Below, in pieces: positions 16,817 to 25,665 of a stretch of DNA of 29,315 nucleotides (within the stretch, counting starts at the first letter, position 1; every line of letters starts with the position of its first letter). Location: positions 1 through 29,315 of IMG/VR virus record IMGVR_UViG_3300044858_001928, one strand, 5' to 3'. The DNA is from a virus. Taxonomy: Duplodnaviria; Caudoviricetes. The notes under the pieces were generated by a model that was given only the letters and a program-made list of their open reading frames with translations, ran no database searches and was not told the DNA's origin. The translations under genes were made by a program, and so were the position numbers.

Positions 16817-17382
16817 AGCCGTTGTGGACGATCTACATCCTGACCATCACTGGGAGGGAGTCGATGCTCGCACGACTTCGCACACGCCTTGATCCGCAGG
16901 TGGACTGTAAGCCAGTGGAGGTAATCGTCATCAAGGACAATCGAGAGCATAGCATCGGAGAGAAGCGACAGTACGCTGTCACAACGTGCAGGACCAAGTA
17001 CATGAACTTCATCGATGACGATGATATGATCAGCACGAACTATGTTGATCTGATCTTGTCGCAGCTCAAGCGAGATGTGTATGGTGTGGGATTCAAGGGA
17101 ATCATCACGACCAACTCAAAGCATCCTCTGGAGTTCGTGCATCGTGCCGGGCTGAAGTGGAGCGACAAGCCAGAACGATACGATGGTGCAGTGCGCTACC
17201 TTCGTCCTCTAAACCATCTCAATCCGGTGATGACGAGCATAGCGAGGGAGATCGGATACAAGTCTATCAGCATGGGTGAAGACTATGACTATGCGCTGAG
17301 ACTCGCAGATAGTGGGCTGGTGAAGGACAAGATATTCATAGATCAGTTCCTATACTACTATCAATACAGATCGAACAAATGA
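16813..17382 (+). CDS. glycosyltransferase, GT2-like
   Basis: WTIYILTITGR, SIGEKR, YMNFIDDDD and GEDYDYALRL; GTGA overlap start. Confidence 0.82.
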   Translation: MKPLWTIYILTITGRESMLARLRTRLDPQVDCKPVEVIVIKDNREHSIGEKRQYAVTTCRTKYMNFIDDDDMISTNYVDLILSQLKRDVYGVGFKGIITTNSKHPLEFVHRAGLKWSDKPERYDGAVRYLRPLNHLNPVMTSIAREIGYKSISMGEDYDYALRLADSGLVKDKIFIDQFLYYYQYRSNK

Positions 17383-17684
17383 CATACACAGACTATCCGA
17401 GAGCGATCAGCGAAGCAGCGGAGCGAGGCATCAGGTTGAATGATGAGATCGGCAATCGATGCGCTACGCAGGTGGGCAAGGTGAGAGCGCAGCAGTTAGC
17501 GAACCGTGAGCCAATCACTACGATGACCGTGAAGCGGATGTACTCGTACTTGAGTCGTGCAGGGGAGTACTACGATCCTAACGATGACACTGCGTGTGGG
17601 ACGATCAGCTATTTGTTGTGGGGTGGTGAGCCTGCGTTGAGGTGGGCTGAGAGGGTGCTTAGAGAGGAGGGCGAGATTGAGTGA
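17379..17684 (+). CDS. conserved phage protein of unknown function
   Basis: YTDYP...CATQVGKVRAQQLA...TVKRMYSYLSR...ISYLLWGGEPALRWA, a pattern I recognise from aquatic phage packaging/head regions. Confidence 0.7.
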   Translation: MTYTDYPRAISEAAERGIRLNDEIGNRCATQVGKVRAQQLANREPITTMTVKRMYSYLSRAGEYYDPNDDTACGTISYLLWGGEPALRWAERVLREEGEIE

Positions 17685-17693
17685 GTCTGTGTG

Positions 17694-17701
17694 TATCTTT
17701 G
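17694..17701 (+). promoter_or_regulatory. TAnnTTTG promoter box, probably giving a leaderless transcript
   Basis: TATCTTTG in a 21-nt intergenic gap, 4 nt before ATG 17706. Confidence 0.55.
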
Positions 17702-17705
17702 TCTT

Positions 17706-17837
17706 ATGCCATTTAAATCAAAAGCACAGAAGAGTTATCTCTATGCTACCAATCCAAAGGTGGCGAAGGAGTTCGCACGTAAGACATCACCCAAGCAGAT
17801 GAAGTCGCTGCCGGGTAAAGTGAAGAAGAAGACATGA
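17706..17837 (+). CDS. small Lys-rich protein (43 aa), missed by the ORF track
   Basis: MPFKSKAQKSYLYATNPKVAKEFARKTSPKQMKSLPGKVKKKT*; ATGA-coupled to the next gene. Confidence 0.7.
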   Translation: MPFKSKAQKSYLYATNPKVAKEFARKTSPKQMKSLPGKVKKKT

Positions 17838-18031
17838 AGCTCAAGGACAAGATCGAGAGACTGCTCGACTCATATGACGAGTACACGATGAGGCGAGACC
17901 TCGCTGAGTTGTCAGCGCACGATCGTCTGAAGATGATGGCTACGCTTGCGGAGTTCATCACCCCGAAGATGAACAGGCAGGAAGTGAAGACTGATGATGG
18001 TGCTATCAACATAAGAATCATCCGTGAGTGA
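17834..18031 (+). CDS. putative terminase small subunit (short)
   Basis: Directly upstream of and overlapping terL; LAEFITPKM...INIRII C-terminal strand. Confidence 0.55.
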   Translation: MKLKDKIERLLDSYDEYTMRRDLAELSAHDRLKMMATLAEFITPKMNRQEVKTDDGAINIRIIRE

Positions 18032-19247
18032 CATCGAGATCAAACTCAAGCGTCTGCACTCAGGGCAGGAGCGTGTCATCAGTGAGGCGAGTAGGTACAA
18101 TGTGCTGAAGATCGGGCGCAGGTGGGGCAAGACCACGCTTGCGGTGAATGAGTTGCTGCCACAGGTTGCGCTTGATGGCAAGCCGTGTGCGTACTATGCT
18201 CCCACGTATAAGGACCTGCATGATGTGTGGCTGGAGTTGAAGTACACATTGAAGCCGATCATTGAGAGTAAGAACGAACAGACCAAGCAGATGCGTCTGG
18301 TCACAGGTGGGGTGATTGACTTCTGGAGTATGGATGAGCCTGACTCTGGTCGTGGGCGCAAATATGCGAGGGTGGTGATTGACGAGGCAGAGAAAGCCAA
18401 GAAGTTCAGGGAGGCGTGGACGCAGACGATCATGGCTACGCTGCTCGACTACAAAGGCGATGCGTGGATCCTTAGTACACCGAAGTTCGGGAGGACATTC
18501 TTCAAGGAGTTGTTTACCAGAGATGATCCGAGTTGGTCAAGTTTCAACCTGTCAACTTATGACAATCCGCACATCAATCACGAAGAGGTCGATCACCTGC
18601 GTGATCAACTCGATGAGTTGACATTCCGGTGCGAGATACTTGCAGAGGATGTTGACCTCGCAAACAATCCTTTCGCTTACGCTTTCGATGTGGACAAGCA
18701 CGTGCATGATGTGGTATTCGATCCGCATCAGCATATCTATCTTAGCTTTGACTTCAACGTTGATCCGATTACTTGCATTGCAGTTCAGCACGTGAGTGGG
18801 TGCATCAATGTGATTGGTGAGTTCGCACTTCGCAACAGCGACATCTATCAGTTGTGTGATTCTATCATTGCCAAGTATCCGAAGGCATCGCTCATCGTGA
18901 CTGGTGATGCTACGGGTGCGAACAGGTCTGCGCTCACTGCCGGGAACACGGGGTATTATGATGTCGTTCAGTCACGGCTTCGTTTGGGCAGGATGCAGAT
19001 GCGTCAACCTGCTGTGAATCCGAGCGTGAGGGATACGAGGGTGCTGGTGAATAGTCTGCTTCAGAATTACTGCGTCAAGATTGACAGATCGTGCAAGGGG
19101 CTGATCACTGACCTGAAGTACGTGGAGGTGGACGAGGAAGGTGACATCATCAAGGACAGGAGTACGGACGTTCGCAAGAGCGATCTGATGGACTGCTTCA
19201 GATACTATTGCGCTACGTTTCATCGTGATTGGATTCGTTATTTATGA
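18024..19247 (+). CDS. terL: terminase large subunit
   Basis: LHSGQ, Walker A GRRWGKT, YYAPT, Walker B VVIDEA, STP coupling motif, nuclease DFNVDP and DLMDCFRY. Confidence 0.93.
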   Translation: MSDIEIKLKRLHSGQERVISEASRYNVLKIGRRWGKTTLAVNELLPQVALDGKPCAYYAPTYKDLHDVWLELKYTLKPIIESKNEQTKQMRLVTGGVIDFWSMDEPDSGRGRKYARVVIDEAEKAKKFREAWTQTIMATLLDYKGDAWILSTPKFGRTFFKELFTRDDPSWSSFNLSTYDNPHINHEEVDHLRDQLDELTFRCEILAEDVDLANNPFAYAFDVDKHVHDVVFDPHQHIYLSFDFNVDPITCIAVQHVSGCINVIGEFALRNSDIYQLCDSIIAKYPKASLIVTGDATGANRSALTAGNTGYYDVVQSRLRLGRMQMRQPAVNPSVRDTRVLVNSLLQNYCVKIDRSCKGLITDLKYVEVDEEGDIIKDRSTDVRKSDLMDCFRYYCATFHRDWIRYL

Positions 19248-19257
19248 TGTATATTTG
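19229..19257 (+). promoter_or_regulatory. Bacteroidota sigma70-type promoter for the tail operon
   Basis: TATATTTG at 19250-19257, TTGG at 19229-19232, 17 nt before ATG 19275. Confidence 0.6.
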
Positions 19258-19274
19258 TATAAAGATCGACACTA

Positions 19275-20012
19275 ATGGCATCAGTATATTTCAGAGCGAG
19301 ATTCAGATTTTCAGTTGCAGAGGCAACGAGTGTTAGTTGGTTATATACAACTGCTGATTCAAATGGTGATAATTATATCCAGACTGCTTTTGCTTTATCT
19401 CAGGACATGACTGACTCCGTTCAGAGGGCATCAGTATTAAGTGGTATAGAAAGCGGAGTATTGACTTATGGTGGATCAATTGTCACTTCAACAGATTCAT
19501 GGAATTTAGTTGGTGGTGACTATGTATGGATTGTGGACATCGAGAGTACCACACCGACATCGCCATCATCTGTTGGTACGAGAATTATTTGGGCGGCGAA
19601 TCTATGCACAGGCATTGGTGACTATATGTTTCCTGTCACATGGACTGAGTGCGACACACCAACACCACCGATCGACACTACACCGTGCGACATCTGCTAC
19701 GATGTGACTACAGACCCATGCGAGAGTACAATCTTCCTGCCCGGTCTCGATGCAGACACGACATATACACTCACGATGACAGACAACGATGCAGGGGTCA
19801 GCTACAACTACGAGGTGACAACTGACGAGACAGGTGAGGCATCAGTCATCATCGCTGACTTTCCAGTCGGTGCGTTCAGCACCTTCAGCAACTACACGGT
19901 GACCATCGTTGACGAGAACGGTGATCCTGCACAGGTGACGATTGGATACACGACATACGACTGCTACAATCTTATATTCACACCATCAACAACAGTAACA
20001 CCACAGGGATGA
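19275..20012 (+). CDS. acidic Thr-rich two-domain protein, probable virion component
   Basis: Pro/Thr linker (DTPTPPIDTTP), Cys cluster, beta-rich C-terminal domain (VTTDETGEASV). Confidence 0.6.
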   Translation: MASVYFRARFRFSVAEATSVSWLYTTADSNGDNYIQTAFALSQDMTDSVQRASVLSGIESGVLTYGGSIVTSTDSWNLVGGDYVWIVDIESTTPTSPSSVGTRIIWAANLCTGIGDYMFPVTWTECDTPTPPIDTTPCDICYDVTTDPCESTIFLPGLDADTTYTLTMTDNDAGVSYNYEVTTDETGEASVIIADFPVGAFSTFSNYTVTIVDENGDPAQVTIGYTTYDCYNLIFTPSTTVTPQG

Positions 20013-20305
20013 TAAGCAATATGATTGACACGCTGATGTTCATGCTCATCAACAGTATGTTCATCAATGGATTCAAGTTAGCAATGGAAGAGGGCATGAT
20101 ACTCTCATGGCTTGGCAAGTGGGGAGAGAAGTGGCTCGGCTATCTGTGGCAACCGTTAGGGGGGTGCGTGACTTGCATGGCGAGTGTTTACTCGATCCCA
20201 TACTGGCTCACCTTCGACTGGAATCTGCCGATGCTGATCATGTACATCCCGGCACTCGCTGCGCTGAACACGATCATCTATAACAGGTATTTCGCACATG
20301 ATTGA
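20009..20305 (+). CDS. small membrane protein with CxxC (DUF1360-like)
   Basis: Hydrophobic helices around PLGGCVTCMASVYS. Confidence 0.55.
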   Translation: MISNMIDTLMFMLINSMFINGFKLAMEEGMILSWLGKWGEKWLGYLWQPLGGCVTCMASVYSIPYWLTFDWNLPMLIMYIPALAALNTIIYNRYFAHD

Positions 20306-20567
20306 GATCATCAACTCATATCTGATCAAGATGCAATACTTCCCTCTGGGGCGATGTGCTTGTAAGGGCAAGCCATACAGATGGAAGCACAGCGATGGTC
20401 ATGAGGTGATGCTGTTCAACGATGGGAGATGGCAACTGAGGCACAACGGAAGAACGACACGATATGGACAACAAGAAACAATATTACAAGAGATTCAAGA
20501 ATACTATTCGCAACGTCTGGGCGAAGATCATCACTCGTCTCGGTCACAAGCCGATCTGGCAGATTGA
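20298..20567 (+). CDS. hypothetical protein
   Basis: 89 aa with a CAC motif; overlaps both neighbours. Confidence 0.55.
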   Translation: MIEIINSYLIKMQYFPLGRCACKGKPYRWKHSDGHEVMLFNDGRWQLRHNGRTTRYGQQETILQEIQEYYSQRLGEDHHSSRSQADLAD

Positions 20568-21129
20568 AGAGGGTCATGTGATAGAACCTGCCTTCATCAG
20601 TGGAGGGGTTCAATACTACCGACTGAAGGACTACTTCAACACCTTCAGTATGCGAGGGCTGATGGCGTTGCAGGTATATGAAGAGTGGAACATGAGGATG
20701 CAGAAGGAGCATCTGGTACTGTTCATCGAGGCGTTCGACAAGATCATCAATGACCCGAAGCAGATCAAGATCGGTGAGTTGGTCAAGATGGTGAATGCCT
20801 TGAAGGAGCGAGTGGAGTGGGTGGTCCCGACATCGGAGATCATCTATAAGTTCGCAAGTGTAGCGTTCTTCGACAAAAATGAGAGTCCGTACAGTTACGA
20901 TCCTGAGTATTGCAAGCAGAAGATTGAACGCTGGAAGGAGGCAGCTGATGTCAGCGATTTTTTTATCGTAACGCAGCTGAAGGATATGCTGCCATTGCCA
21001 ACGCTATCAGAGGAAGATTTGCGGACTTGTTTAACGGTAATAGATCAGTTGAACATCATGGAGAGGGAGAGTCTCCAGCGTATCGCCTTGCGAAGCAAAA
21101 TGAAAATGGATTCATCCAGCGCACTCTGA
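20464..21129 (+). CDS. tail assembly chaperone (gpG-like)
   Basis: Helical protein with DFF encoded by GAT TTT TTT and an open -1 frame downstream; lies upstream of the tape measure gene. Start uncertain. Confidence 0.65.
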   Translation: MDNKKQYYKRFKNTIRNVWAKIITRLGHKPIWQIEEGHVIEPAFISGGVQYYRLKDYFNTFSMRGLMALQVYEEWNMRMQKEHLVLFIEAFDKIINDPKQIKIGELVKMVNALKERVEWVVPTSEIIYKFASVAFFDKNESPYSYDPEYCKQKIERWKEAADVSDFFIVTQLKDMLPLPTLSEEDLRTCLTVIDQLNIMERESLQRIALRSKMKMDSSSAL

Positions 21130-21215
21130 TAAATCAGAGGTATGGCGTGAATTGCATGAAGCTCACATTGTGGGAATATTTATTACTAATTGAACATACG
21201 AATAAATCAGAATAA
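20958..21215 (+). CDS. -1 frameshift extension of the tail chaperone (gpGT-like)
   Basis: T_TTT_TTT at 20958-20964. The -1 frame opens after TGA 20946-20948 and runs 83 codons past the site (YRNAAEGYAAIANAIRGRFADLFNG...LTLWEYLLLIEHTNKSE*). Confidence 0.7.
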   Translation, partial: FFYRNAAEGYAAIANAIRGRFADLFNGNRSVEHHGEGESPAYRLAKQNENGFIQRTLINQRYGVNCMKLTLWEYLLLIEHTNKSE

Positions 21216-21523
21216 TGGGAAAAGAAATTAACATACTTGCACCGGAGTTAGGCTTCGGGTCATTTGGCATCGCAAAGGTTCAGATTGAAATAACAGAAAA
21301 TGAAGAGACAATAAGCAGTCGATTGTATTACTTCAACATTGCTGAGTTTAGTTCCTTCTGTGATACTGTCAATACAGAGTTCGGGTCTATTCATTTCGGT
21401 CAGCATTACATCGGATTGAGCAATGGAGACTATGATGTCTTACGATACAATGGATCGGAAGTGAACAGTCCTTATGTTATAGTATCTGACTTATCTGAAG
21501 CGATCGCACAGCTCGCACCGTAA
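21215..21523 (+). CDS. hypothetical structural protein
   Basis: 102 aa, acidic, TAATG-coupled to the frameshift extension. Confidence 0.65.
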   Translation: MGKEINILAPELGFGSFGIAKVQIEITENEETISSRLYYFNIAEFSSFCDTVNTEFGSIHFGQHYIGLSNGDYDVLRYNGSEVNSPYVIVSDLSEAIAQLAP

Positions 21524-21525
21524 TC

Positions 21526-22308
21526 ATGCCAACATACTCTGTTGTTGATTTCAGCGACACTACGGTCAAGCTAACCGAAGACAGTCTGGAGTATATCTAC
21601 AAGAAGGTGTACTGCCTGACTGCGGTGTATGGTGACTATGTGTATTTCTACACGCATCAGTTAGAGACTAATCTTCTGCGTCAACAATATGCTATTCTCT
21701 ACACTGACTGCGTTGCACCTGTCGGGACTTCAGCAGCTGACTTAAAGACGAAGATCGATGCGATCATCAACAACTACGCAGCGACTGCGCCATCGGTGTA
21801 CTACGGCAGTTACTACGACAGCACGAATCAGACTAACGCAGGAGCGACAGCAGAGAACATCGTCCAGATCGGGAGTGTGTTTGAAGAGAATGGTGTGAGC
21901 ATTCAGAATGGTGACGAGATCACCGTGAACAATGCAGGCACTTATAATCTTCAGTTCAGCGCACAGTTTGAGAAGACGACTGGTCCTGATGCAGATGTGC
22001 AGTTGTGGTTGAAGTTGAATGGTAGCAATGTCGCTGACAGCAATACTGAATTTGCAATCCGTCACAATAATGGCACATATGTACCTGCATGGAATTTCGT
22101 GCTAACTCTCAACGCAGGAGACTATCTTCAGCTTGCGTGGCATAGTACAGATACGAGTGTGAGTTTACTTGCACAAGGCACAGCAGTATCCCCGACACGA
22201 CCAGCGATACCGAGCATGATCGTCACAATCACTGAAGTGATGGGCGTGAGTGGTGGTGGTGGTGGCTTCGATCCTGCATTAACTTTATCTTACATATCAT
22301 CATACTGA
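21526..22308 (+). CDS. fibre-associated protein with C1q/TNF-like C-terminal domain
   Basis: YYGSYYDSTNQT...AGTYNLQFSAQF...WLKLNG...LNAGDYLQLAW jelly-roll pattern. Confidence 0.6.
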   Translation: MPTYSVVDFSDTTVKLTEDSLEYIYKKVYCLTAVYGDYVYFYTHQLETNLLRQQYAILYTDCVAPVGTSAADLKTKIDAIINNYAATAPSVYYGSYYDSTNQTNAGATAENIVQIGSVFEENGVSIQNGDEITVNNAGTYNLQFSAQFEKTTGPDADVQLWLKLNGSNVADSNTEFAIRHNNGTYVPAWNFVLTLNAGDYLQLAWHSTDTSVSLLAQGTAVSPTRPAIPSMIVTITEVMGVSGGGGGFDPALTLSYISSY

Positions 22309-23534
22309 TGTACTTATCAGCAACGACACATATACTTGAGATACTCTCTGATGCGACAGCGACAACGAACGAGCCTGTCTATTCAGTTGCGTACAACGAT
22401 CACACAAGTGCAGGGATGACCTTGCCACAGAGCAGCAGTCAGGGATTGCTCACTGGCACTACACCAGTGACTGCGGTGAGCGCACCGGGAGCGAGTACGA
22501 CTCGGCAGATCGCACACTTGACAGTGTACAATGCAGACACGGTGACGAGGATCATCACGGTGCAGAAGGATGTGAGTGCTACGAATTACATCGTAGTGAA
22601 GGCATCGCTTGCGAGTGGTGCGACCTTGCAGTTCAGTCGTGAGAATGGCTGGACAGTGCTGAACACAGGAGCAGGGCAGGAGAGTCTTGTCCTTACGCAG
22701 TTCATAGCCAATGGCACGTGGAACAAGTCAGCGACACTCAAGGCAGCGTTAGTATGCTGCTTGGGTGCAGGTGGTGGAGGAGGTAGTGGAAGACAGGGAG
22801 CAGCAGGTGAGAATAGATTTGGTGGCGGTGGCGGTGGAGGCGGTGCGCTTGTGTGGAGGATGTTCCAAGCATCGAGCATGAGTCCATCGTATGCCGTCAC
22901 AGTAGGTACTGGTGGCGGTGGTGCAAATGGTCAGGCATCAACATCGAACAATGGCAACACAGGCACGACTGGTGGAGATAGTTCATTTGGCAGTGCTGTT
23001 ATTGCAAAGGGTGGTGTTGGTGGTAGTGGTGGTACAACGACAGCAGGAACGGCAGGAACAGGAGGAACAGCAGCAGCGTCATCACCTGCGTATGGTCCTT
23101 ATGCTACCCCAGCATCGAGTGGGTCAGCAGGTCAGACAACATCAAGCTCTGCTGTAGGTACTCCCGGATTAAGTGGGTCACTCGCAGGAGCTGGCGGTGC
23201 AGGAGGGCAAGGGATCAACTCGGCTAACACATCAGGCGTTGCCACATCAACAGGTGGTGGTGTCTATACGAATGGTGTGTTGATCACTGGACCCACGACA
23301 GGCAACGCAGGTGTTGCGAATCAAGCGTTGAATTTCATGTTCAGCACTTCGCTCAGTGCAGTGTATGGTCTCGGCACAGGCGGTGCAGGAGGTGTTCCAA
23401 GCAACATCGCAGGTACAGCAGGTGGGTCTTATGGTGCAGGTGGTGGTGGCGGTAGTGGTACGCTCAACGGCACAACAAGCGGGGCAGGTGGTGCAGGTGC
23501 AGGGGGATTGGTAACAGTGTTAGAGATATACTAA
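22308..23534 (+). CDS. glycine-rich tail fibre/adhesin protein
   Basis: FIANGTWNK...GAGGGGGSG...VTVGTGG...GAGGLVTVLEIY, a phage glycine-rich domain. Confidence 0.75.
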   Translation: MYLSATTHILEILSDATATTNEPVYSVAYNDHTSAGMTLPQSSSQGLLTGTTPVTAVSAPGASTTRQIAHLTVYNADTVTRIITVQKDVSATNYIVVKASLASGATLQFSRENGWTVLNTGAGQESLVLTQFIANGTWNKSATLKAALVCCLGAGGGGGSGRQGAAGENRFGGGGGGGGALVWRMFQASSMSPSYAVTVGTGGGGANGQASTSNNGNTGTTGGDSSFGSAVIAKGGVGGSGGTTTAGTAGTGGTAAASSPAYGPYATPASSGSAGQTTSSSAVGTPGLSGSLAGAGGAGGQGINSANTSGVATSTGGGVYTNGVLITGPTTGNAGVANQALNFMFSTSLSAVYGLGTGGAGGVPSNIAGTAGGSYGAGGGGGSGTLNGTTSGAGGAGAGGLVTVLEIY

Positions 23535-23535
23535 G

Positions 23536-25665
23536 ATGGCGATCACGGAAACAGTAAACATCGTATTCGGTGTAGTCAGTGACGAACTCGATGAGAGCAT
23601 CGATAAATTAGTTCGTGCAGGGAAAGTTTCTAAGGAGACTGCTGCTGCTTATAAAGAGTTAGAGAACTCCAGCAAGAAGGCTACAGTTGAACTCGAGAAA
23701 TTAAATAAAGAGTTTGGCGAGAATAGTCAAGAAGCGTTAGAGGCGCAGAAAAGAATTGATGAGCTTAATAATAAACTAAAAAAATTAGATGAAGAAGTAA
23801 AGACAACGGCAAAAGATTTTGTTCCACTTCGTCAACGACTCAAAGAGGCAAAGGAAGAACTTCAGAAAGCAGAGGCTGCATTTGGACCATTTAGCGCAGA
23901 GGCGCAAGCAGCGAGGAAGAACGCAGGTGCATTGGCTGACGAGCTTGCTGACTTGAATCGTCAGGTGGGATTGTTGAACCCGGAGGATAAGATCAAAGCA
24001 TTCAGCAATCTTGGTCAGGGTATTCTCGGATCGTTCCAAGTAGCAACCGGAGCATTGCAAGCATTCGGTGCTGAGAATGAAAGAGTGCAGGAGATTGCAC
24101 AGAGATTACAAGGTGCATTGAATGTCGTGCAGGGAATTCAATCAATAATAGGATTGAAGGAAGCGTATGAGGATGTTAAGATTATTCTTGGTATCACAAC
24201 AACAGCGCAGAAAGCGTTGACTGTTGCTAATGAAGCAGAGGCTGTATCTGCTCAAACAGCAGCAGCAGCGAACAGAGGATTAGCTGCTTCGTTAGGTCCT
24301 ATCGTTTTGATTCTTGGCGCACTCGCAGCAGCATACTATATCTTGGCTGATTCAGAAGAAGCAGCGAAGGGAAGTACCGATGATCTGTTAAAATCATTTG
24401 AAGAATTAAGGAAAGAGCAGGAATTACAATTATCAATTCTGAAATTGCAAGGTGCTAATGAAGCTGAATTAATTAAGAAGAGACTTGAGTTCAATAAGAT
24501 TAATCAGGATACTCTGAATTCAATTAAAGATCAAGTTAAAGAAGAAGAAAAGAAAAAGGATATAACTACATCTATTAATGATCTTAAGAGAAATGAGAAA
24601 CTACTGAATGAAGAATTAAAGAAAAGCATATCTGATTTAGCACAAGAAGAATTATTAAGAGAGCAAGCAGAACGTGAACGACAAGATTCAGCAACAAAGG
24701 GTTTGCAATCACAATTTGAAAGTGAACTTCAGAATCAATTAAAAGCAGTTGATGATTTTGCAAATCTTAGAAAGACTGCTGATCTAACAATTATAGAAAA
24801 CACTAAGGACAGGGAGAATGCAAATCTTGTTACTGAGTTAGAGTCTCTGGAAAAAAAGCGTCAGATACTTGTTCAATTTGGAAAAGATACTGAGTTAATT
24901 GATGCACAGATTGCAGCTAAGAGAAAAGAGATAAAAGATAAAGAAAAGGAAGAATTTAAAGCAGACTATGAAGAGCGACAAAAGTTTATCAAAGATTTAG
25001 CAGCAGCATCATTTGACTTCATTCAAGATTTAAGCAAAGCATCAATACAAGCACAGATAAATGATCTTGAACAACAGAAAGAGCAGGGCATCATCACAGA
25101 GGAAGAGTATCAGGCAAAACTCAGGAAGATCAAGAATGATGCAGCCAAGCAGGAGAAAGAGTTCTCAGTCTTCGCAGCTACGTTAGCATTCACAGAGGCG
25201 TTAGTCAAAGCACTCACAACACCGAATCCTCCAGCAGCGTTAGCATTAGCAGCAGCAGTAGGAGGGTTGAACCTTGCGAAGATCATTGCTACTCCAGTAC
25301 CAAGATTCAAGCAGGGTACTCTCAACGTAGGCGGTGGCAACCTCGATGCTGATGGTGGCAGTCTTGCAATGTTGCATCCGGGTGAAGCCGTGATTCCTGC
25401 CGATCGCAACAGGTCATACCATCCTACACTCAAGGCGATCTACGAGAAGCAGATCAGTCCATCAGATATCAATGCTTATGTGTTGAATCGTCTTGCAGGG
25501 CGTGGTAGTATCGGACGAGATACGGTGACTGCGAAGGTTGACACATACGCATTGAGCAAGGCAATGAGTCGTAACAAGGGAGTGCAGATTGAGAATGCAC
25601 AGATCGTAGGTAAGGCGATTGCGAGTGAACTGGCAGGACGCATTAACAGGAGGCAGATGCTATGA
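23536..25665 (+). CDS. tape measure protein
   Basis: 709 aa, Ala/Glu/Lys-rich coiled coils with hydrophobic stretches; C-terminal RFKQG...AMLHPGEAVIP motif. Confidence 0.85.
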   Translation: MAITETVNIVFGVVSDELDESIDKLVRAGKVSKETAAAYKELENSSKKATVELEKLNKEFGENSQEALEAQKRIDELNNKLKKLDEEVKTTAKDFVPLRQRLKEAKEELQKAEAAFGPFSAEAQAARKNAGALADELADLNRQVGLLNPEDKIKAFSNLGQGILGSFQVATGALQAFGAENERVQEIAQRLQGALNVVQGIQSIIGLKEAYEDVKIILGITTTAQKALTVANEAEAVSAQTAAAANRGLAASLGPIVLILGALAAAYYILADSEEAAKGSTDDLLKSFEELRKEQELQLSILKLQGANEAELIKKRLEFNKINQDTLNSIKDQVKEEEKKKDITTSINDLKRNEKLLNEELKKSISDLAQEELLREQAERERQDSATKGLQSQFESELQNQLKAVDDFANLRKTADLTIIENTKDRENANLVTELESLEKKRQILVQFGKDTELIDAQIAAKRKEIKDKEKEEFKADYEERQKFIKDLAAASFDFIQDLSKASIQAQINDLEQQKEQGIITEEEYQAKLRKIKNDAAKQEKEFSVFAATLAFTEALVKALTTPNPPAALALAAAVGGLNLAKIIATPVPRFKQGTLNVGGGNLDADGGSLAMLHPGEAVIPADRNRSYHPTLKAIYEKQISPSDINAYVLNRLAGRGSIGRDTVTAKVDTYALSKAMSRNKGVQIENAQIVGKAIASELAGRINRRQML

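Noticed and set aside
22760-23510. GGT/GGC-rich repeats as a repeat array or diversity-generating element
   Set aside because: Explained by glycine-rich coding; no reverse transcriptase or template/variable repeat pair is seen.
24380-25080. AT-rich block inside the tape measure gene as an insertion or intron
   Set aside because: The frame is uninterrupted and the Lys/Glu-rich coiled coil explains much of the bias; a recombined segment cannot be excluded.
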